DNA of 64,000 nucleotides from Alphaproteobacteria bacterium (GTDB lineage Bacteria; Pseudomonadota; Alphaproteobacteria; SP197): NCBI GenBank assembly GCA_965213815.1, contig OZ243917.1, positions 1,882,832 to 1,946,831 of the forward strand, read 5' to 3'. Shown piece by piece: positions 58,974 to 64,000 of this stretch (position 1 is its first letter; each line of letters starts with the position of its first letter). The notes under the pieces were generated by a model. It saw only the letters and a program-made list of their open reading frames with translations, ran no database searches and was not told where the DNA came from. The position numbers and the translations under genes were made by a program.

Positions 58974-59877
58974 GACAGCGGCCCATGGCCACCGTGCAGC
59001 GCGGCGCAAAGGTGCAGTTGCGGGGCGTTTCCAGGAGGGTTGGTGCCTGCCCGCTGATGGTGGCAAGCCGTTCCTGGCCGTCTGTGTGGGCTATCGGTAT
59101 CGTCCCCAGGAGAGCCCGGGTGTAGGGATGGTGGGGCTGGCGGAACAACGCGCCGGCAGGCGCCGCCTCGACGATTCTTCCGCCGTACATCACGAGTACG
59201 CGATCGGCGATTTCGGCCACGACGCCGAGATCGTGGGAAACCCACACGATGGCCATGCCGAACCGCTCCCTCAGACTGGCGACCAGTTCGATGATCTGCG
59301 CCTGGATGGTAACGTCGAGGGCTGTCGTTGGCTCGTCTGCGATCAGGATGCGCGGCGTGCAGGAAAGGGCCATGGCGATCATCACCCGCTGGCACATGCC
59401 GCCCGAGAACTGGTGGGGATGATCCTTCAGCCGGCGCCTGGCGTCGGGAATGCCGACAACGTTGAGCAGTTCACAGGCCCTCTCCCGTGCCGCCCGCGCC
59501 GACAGGGCAAGGTGATGGCGCATCGGCTCCATGAGCTGTTGACCGATCGTGAGAACGGGGTTGAGAGACGATGCCGGATTCTGGAAAACGAAGCCGATCT
59601 CGCGTCCACGGATCCGCCGCAGGTCTGGAGCGTTCATGGAGAGCAGATCCCGTCCATCGAACATGACGGATCCCTCGACAATCTCCGCCGGCGGGCTCGC
59701 AAGCAGGCCCAGGAGCGACATCATGGTCACTGATTTTCCCGATCCGGATTCACCGACGACGCCCAGAACCTCGCCTTCACCGAGATCGAAACTCACCCCG
59801 TTGACGGCATGCACACTCCGCTCACGCGTACGGAAGATCGTACGCAGGCCCCTGACCTCGAGAAGTCTGCGTGTCAT
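58891..59877 (-). CDS. ABC transporter ATP-binding protein (DppD-type)
   Basis: Walker [11 protein letters not shown], signature [15 protein letters not shown], Walker B LIADEPT. Start chosen at [11 protein letters not shown]; an ATG 30 nt upstream is an alternative. Confidence 0.75.
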
Positions 59878-60297
59878 CCAGGTCCATCTCTGCCCTTGCC
59901 CCTCCATGGTACCCTGAATTCGCGAACATCGTCGCGTCCCGAAGCCGGCAGCGGATCCGGCGAGTCCAGAACGTCCGTCGCACCTGCCCTGCATGGCCAG
60001 GGCTGACGCGGTCAGGCGGAATCGGCGGCACGTCAGGTGCCAAGCGCACGGGCCCTGGCCCAGGACGCAAGCCACCACAGGGAGGGATGGCGCCGGTGGA
60101 GCCCTTCTTGCGCTGGCCGGAAGGGCACTGAAGGATCGGGCCGGCTGTGGACCGGACGTTCCGCTCCTTCCTGGTTGCATCGCCGCAGGCTTGCAGCGAC
60201 GGGTCTCGGGATGACTTCGGAGTGTTGATGGCGCGACACTCGACACGTAGTCTGGAGCTGAATTCGGAGAAACCTGAATTGCAGGGAGATGCGGGAC

Positions 60298-62223
60298 ATG
60301 GCGACTCAGGACAGCGAAGACGGAACCACGCCGGTTACCATCCATCTTGGGACCGATGCTGCTGAGTCCGCCGTCGGCACGGACGGGGTCGACATCGTGG
60401 ATATGGGCGGCGGCGATGACCAGGCAAGCAGCGGCCGGAACTACAACATCATCTTTGGTGGCAGTGGAGCCGACTTCCTCATCAGTTCAGGCATCATGGA
60501 TGATGTGTTTGGAGGCAGCGGCAACGACATCATCGTGCTTGGAGGTCATGGCGGCTGGGCCTTCGGTGGCTCCGGCGATGATGTCATTGTCGGTTCGAAC
60601 AACACCTACCTTTCGGAACGTCTCGACGGCGGTGAAGGGAACGACACCATTGTCGGCGGCGCGGCTCGCAGTGTCATCATCGGGGGCGAAGGCAACGATA
60701 TTCTGACCGGAGGCGGTGGCGCCGACATCCTGGTGTTTTCGGAAGATCACGGGAATGACACGATCACCGATTTCGATGCCGCCGAGGGTGACCGGATCTA
60801 TCTGCGAGGCTTTGATCAGACGATCACCTGGGAGCAGCTGAGCTCGAAGGTGGCGGCAGTCACGAATGACGACGGTGTGACGACGGCCGTGACAATCGAT
60901 CTGACCGAATGGGGCGGCGGCACGATCACGCTGATCGGTGTGACGAGCGTCGACGACGTGACCGCCAACATGCTCTATCTCGATGTCCTGACGGGCAGCG
61001 ACGGGGACGACACGATTTCGGGTGGCATCGACGACGACACCATGACGGGCGGCGCCGGTGCCGACACGTTCGTGTTTTCGGAAGGTCACGGCAACGACAC
61101 GATCACCGATTTCGACGCGAGCCACGATACGATTGATCTTTCCCGTTTCGAATCCGCCATCACCTGGGAACAGGTGCAGGCCGCGATGTCGGAGATCGCA
61201 GACGACCCGAACACACCGGAAACGGAGTCGGGGACGATCATTGACCTGACACCTTTCGGCGGCGGCACGATCAGGCTCAATGGTGTCTCGTCGTCCAGCT
61301 TGACCGCCGCCATGTTCAATCTCCACCCGACCATCGGCACCGACGGTTCTGACGATGTGATCGTGGGCCGGAGCAGCGATGACACGGTGACCGGCGGCAC
61401 CGGCGCCGACACGTTCGTGATTGGCGAGGGTGGAGGGCATGACACGATCACCGACTTCAAGGTGATCGAAGGCGACATCATTGATCTGAGGTCATTCAAC
61501 GAGGAGATCACCTGGGAACAGCTTCAGGCGGCGATGAGACAGGTCGATGATGATCCGGCCACGAAGGACGTCGACGAAACGGCCACAGTCATCGATCTGG
61601 GCGCATGGGGTGGTGGCACGATCACGCTTCAGGGTGTGATTGCGAGCACTCTGACCGCCGACAGTTTCAACCTGTCTGACGGCACTGGCGGTGAGTACTA
61701 TTACGGCGGGGATGGTGTTGACTCCCTCGATGGTGGGCGTGGCCACGATGTCATGTTCGGCCTGGAGGGCGGCGACACGCTCAATGGCGGCCTCGGCGAC
61801 GACTATCTGTTCGGCCAGGAAGGGGATGACACGCTCGACGGCGGCGCCGGCGATGATGTCCTGATGGGTGGCGAGGGCGTTGACACGCTGATCGGAGGGG
61901 CCGGTGACGACCTGCTGATCGGTGGTGCCGACAATGACACCATGACCGGAGGCATTGGGGCCGACACCTTCGTGATAGCCCCGGGTCATGGCGATGACAC
62001 GATCACCGACTTCGCCGATGGTGAGGACCTGATCGATCTCAGCGTTTTCTCCGGAATCACCGGGTTCGGCGATCTGACGGTCGTGCAGGACAACAACAAT
62101 GTCGTGATCGACCTCTCGGAGCACAACGGCGGCACGATCACGCTGGAGAATGTCAACCTTGCCGATCTGGATGCCGAGGACTTTGCATTCTATGAGGCGC
62201 CCGCAGAGGTGGATGGCGTGTGA
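60298..62223 (+). CDS. secreted RTX-like calcium-binding repeat protein with four ~113-aa tandem repeats
   Basis: GGxGxDxxx nonapeptide beta-roll repeats at the N-terminus and at 61690..61930. Four larger repeats with consensus GGxGADTFVFxEGHGNDTITDF…IDL…F…ITWEQLQAAM…IDL…GGGTITL.GV. AGGGAG Shine-Dalgarno 9 nt before the second ATG. Confidence 0.7.
   Translation: MATQDSEDGTTPVTIHLGTDAAESAVGTDGVDIVDMGGGDDQASSGRNYNIIFGGSGADFLISSGIMDDVFGGSGNDIIVLGGHGGWAFGGSGDDVIVGSNNTYLSERLDGGEGNDTIVGGAARSVIIGGEGNDILTGGGGADILVFSEDHGNDTITDFDAAEGDRIYLRGFDQTITWEQLSSKVAAVTNDDGVTTAVTIDLTEWGGGTITLIGVTSVDDVTANMLYLDVLTGSDGDDTISGGIDDDTMTGGAGADTFVFSEGHGNDTITDFDASHDTIDLSRFESAITWEQVQAAMSEIADDPNTPETESGTIIDLTPFGGGTIRLNGVSSSSLTAAMFNLHPTIGTDGSDDVIVGRSSDDTVTGGTGADTFVIGEGGGHDTITDFKVIEGDIIDLRSFNEEITWEQLQAAMRQVDDDPATKDVDETATVIDLGAWGGGTITLQGVIASTLTADSFNLSDGTGGEYYYGGDGVDSLDGGRGHDVMFGLEGGDTLNGGLGDDYLFGQEGDDTLDGGAGDDVLMGGEGVDTLIGGAGDDLLIGGADNDTMTGGIGADTFVIAPGHGDDTITDFADGEDLIDLSVFSGITGFGDLTVVQDNNNVVIDLSEHNGGTITLENVNLADLDAEDFAFYEAPAEVDGV
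60714..62210 (+). repeat. intragenic tandem DNA repeats (units beginning ~60714, 61048, 61393, 61948; period ~335-345 bp)
   Basis: Recurrent …GGCGCCGACACGTTCGTG…CACGGCAACGACACGATCACCGATTTCGA… blocks. The fourth unit is separated from the third by a block of classic RTX nonapeptide repeats. Confidence 0.6.
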
Positions 62224-62241
62224 CGACAAGGAGAGACCACC

Positions 62242-62682
62242 ATGATCGACACGAGAACGGGGCGCTGCATGTGTGGCGCCGTGCAGTTCGAGGCACGCGG
62301 TGAACCCTTTGATGTGACGCACTGTCACTGCCACAGCTGTCGCAAGCACAATGGTGCCGCCGTGGTGACGCTCGCCGGTTACAAGGACGAACAGGTCACT
62401 TTTCACGGTTCACCTCGCAAGCACTATGCGTCATCTCCCGGCGTGCGCCGCGGGTTTTGTGGTGACTGCGGCACGCCGCTGACCTGGGAAGGTGACGGCG
62501 GTGAACTCGGTCCGATCATCGAGTTCCACATCAGTACCTTTGACGACCCCGGGTCGCTGGCGCCGACGGCTCATGCCTTTGAACCGGAGCGCATCGTCTG
62601 GATGGAGATCGCAGACGATCTGCCGCGCTACGAGGGCTTTCCCGGCGAAGGGGAGCCCTTGCGGCACGGGCCGGCGGGTTGA
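62242..62682 (+). CDS. GFA-family protein (glutathione-dependent formaldehyde-activating enzyme / CENP-V fold)
   Basis: CMCGAVQFE…THCHCHSCRKHNGAA…GFCGDCGTPLTW is the Cys-rich zinc pattern of the GFA family. Confidence 0.75.
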   Translation: MIDTRTGRCMCGAVQFEARGEPFDVTHCHCHSCRKHNGAAVVTLAGYKDEQVTFHGSPRKHYASSPGVRRGFCGDCGTPLTWEGDGGELGPIIEFHISTFDDPGSLAPTAHAFEPERIVWMEIADDLPRYEGFPGEGEPLRHGPAG

Positions 62683-62833
62683 AAGCGCGTCAAGGGAATT
62701 CCCGATTGTCGAGAGTCCCTCTCAGACCCTCTGTGCGAAGGTTTCGGGATTCCCCTCTCCTCCTTTCCGTGCGGCGCCTGACCCGTGTCATACTGTGTTC
62801 TCCATCTGTCGGGTGACGCGGAGAGACGAGGTC

Positions 62834-63628
62834 ATGACAACCCAGTATTCGACACGTGTCGTCGAAGGCATGCAGGCGCTCTATGGCAAGGGGTTCCTGT
62901 CACCTGGCGGTGCGGAGGAGATGACGGCCTTGCTCGATGGTGTCGCGGTTGCCGGGCGCACCGTACTCGACATCGGTTGTGGCCTCGGAGGTGCTGCGAT
63001 CATGCTCGCCGGTCCCTTCGGCGCCCGTCACGTGACATCCATCGATGTTGCCGAGGATCTCGTGGTGCTGGCCCGCGAGACGATTGCCGATGCCGGGCTG
63101 TCGGGCAGAATCGAGACCCGCCATGTCACGCCGGGGCGATTGCCGTTCGATGCTCAATCCTTCGACATCGTGTTTGCCAAGGATGTTGTCTGCCATGTTC
63201 CCGACAAGACTGCCCTGTTCGGTGACATCGCGCGCGTGCTGGATCCGGCGGGCCAGATCGTCTGTGCGGACTTCACGGTTCCGTCCGGCCCTGAAGCCGC
63301 TCCGCACCTCTATCACGCCTGGCTCGATGCCATGGAAGCCTACGGCCTCACCTTTCATTTCGAGACGATTTCCGTCTACGAGGAAGCGTTCCGCCTGGCC
63401 GGTCTGGCTCCTGCGTGTGTCAGGGACGACACGGAGCGTTCACGCGAGGCCGCGCGACGGGAAGTAGCATGGGTTACCGGGCCTGACGCCGGTCCTCTCA
63501 GGGATGCCCTGGGCGAAGAGATGTTCGCCAGGCGGATCGAGGCCAGCAGCCGGCGTCTCGATGCTCTGGCAGGGGGTGGTGTTCTTCATTCGCACATGCT
63601 GACAAGGCGTCTGACTGAAGCGCAATGA
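62834..63628 (+). CDS. class I SAM-dependent methyltransferase, PMT-like; paralog of 22377..23174
   Basis: …YGKGFLSPGGAEEM…RTVLDIGCGLGGAAI…FDIVFAKDVVCHV… has the same motif order as the 22377 gene. GAGG Shine-Dalgarno 4 nt before the ATG. Confidence 0.75.
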   Translation: MTTQYSTRVVEGMQALYGKGFLSPGGAEEMTALLDGVAVAGRTVLDIGCGLGGAAIMLAGPFGARHVTSIDVAEDLVVLARETIADAGLSGRIETRHVTPGRLPFDAQSFDIVFAKDVVCHVPDKTALFGDIARVLDPAGQIVCADFTVPSGPEAAPHLYHAWLDAMEAYGLTFHFETISVYEEAFRLAGLAPACVRDDTERSREAARREVAWVTGPDAGPLRDALGEEMFARRIEASSRRLDALAGGGVLHSHMLTRRLTEAQ

Positions 63629-63740
63629 AGACGCGTGCTTGCCCGGCCTCGTATGGGTCTGCGATGTGTGCCTGTGGTACCTGGCGGACGCCCATGCATC
63701 CATCAGGTTGGCCCTCGAGGGCAGGGGAGGGGATAACGAC

Positions 63741-64000
63741 ATGACAGCAAGGTTTCTCGACCGAATGCGGGTGGACGCGTACCGCAACGATGGTTATCTC
63801 TTTCCCGTGGAGGCGATCACGCCTGGCGAGGCCGGCGATCTTCGTCGTGCCACCGAGGAGCTGATCGAGCGCACCCGTGGTCAGCACGATGTCTTTCACT
63901 ATGCCTTCAATGTCCCCCATCTCGTGTTGCCCGGAGTGCACGCTCTGGTGAGGGACAGCCGAATCCTCGATCCCGTCGAGTCGCTGATGGGACCCGATCT
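63741..64000 (+). CDS. PhyH-family dioxygenase, N-terminal part (runs past the window end)
   Basis: MTARFLDRMRVDAYRNDGYLFPVEAI… is a typical PhyH N-terminus. AGGGGAGGGGA Shine-Dalgarno upstream. The ORF is open to the window edge. Confidence 0.6.
   Translation, partial: MTARFLDRMRVDAYRNDGYLFPVEAITPGEAGDLRRATEELIERTRGQHDVFHYAFNVPHLVLPGVHALVRDSRILDPVESLMGPD

Overview
High-GC (~65-68%) chromosomal segment, most likely from an alphaproteobacterium, read entirely by eye from the sequence and the ORF track. No similarity search or RNA folding was run, so all family assignments rest on recognised motifs.

Housekeeping genes:
- 3' end of ppdK, a HAD hydrolase and a YgfZ folate-binding protein.
- An LPS-core GT1/GT9 glycosyltransferase pair.
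- RidA, an SDR, a gamma-carbonic anhydrase and tRNA-Val(CAC).
- glnS, ribBX, an FGase and a receiver domain.

Large 'C1 / methylated-amine' metabolic neighbourhood:
- Oxygenases and dehydrogenases: TauD dioxygenase, GMC oxidoreductase, a DgcA/TMADH-like flavoprotein and a GbcA-like Rieske oxygenase.
- N,N-dimethylformamidase-like small and large subunits.
- Three PhyH-family dioxygenases and five class-I SAM methyltransferases, two of them PMT-like paralogs.
- A GFA protein, a BKACE enzyme with a HisC-like aminotransferase, and two CocE/NonD hydrolases.
- A PotD-like binding protein.
- Two Dpp/Opp-type ABC importers, one of which lacks a binding protein and sits in an operon with NAD-type formate dehydrogenase fdsBA.
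- A cytoplasmic Mo-bisPGD oxidoreductase next to fdhD and mobA.

Most notable observations:
1. A UGSC-family selenoprotein gene with an in-frame TGA directly before GSC. It is translationally coupled (TTGA overlap plus Shine-Dalgarno) to a 448-aa thioredoxin-fold (CPTC) fusion protein.
2. A ~1.8 kb low-GC islet inserted at the 3' end of a phyH gene. It is flanked by an imperfect ~160 bp duplication of the gene end and carries a HepT/MNT toxin-antitoxin pair plus a COG4271 TIR-like nucleotide-binding protein.
3. A RES-Xre toxin-antitoxin pair with a DUF6788 gene.
4. A frameshifted Fic/RhuM gene.
5. A 644-aa RTX-like protein built from four ~113-aa tandem repeats.
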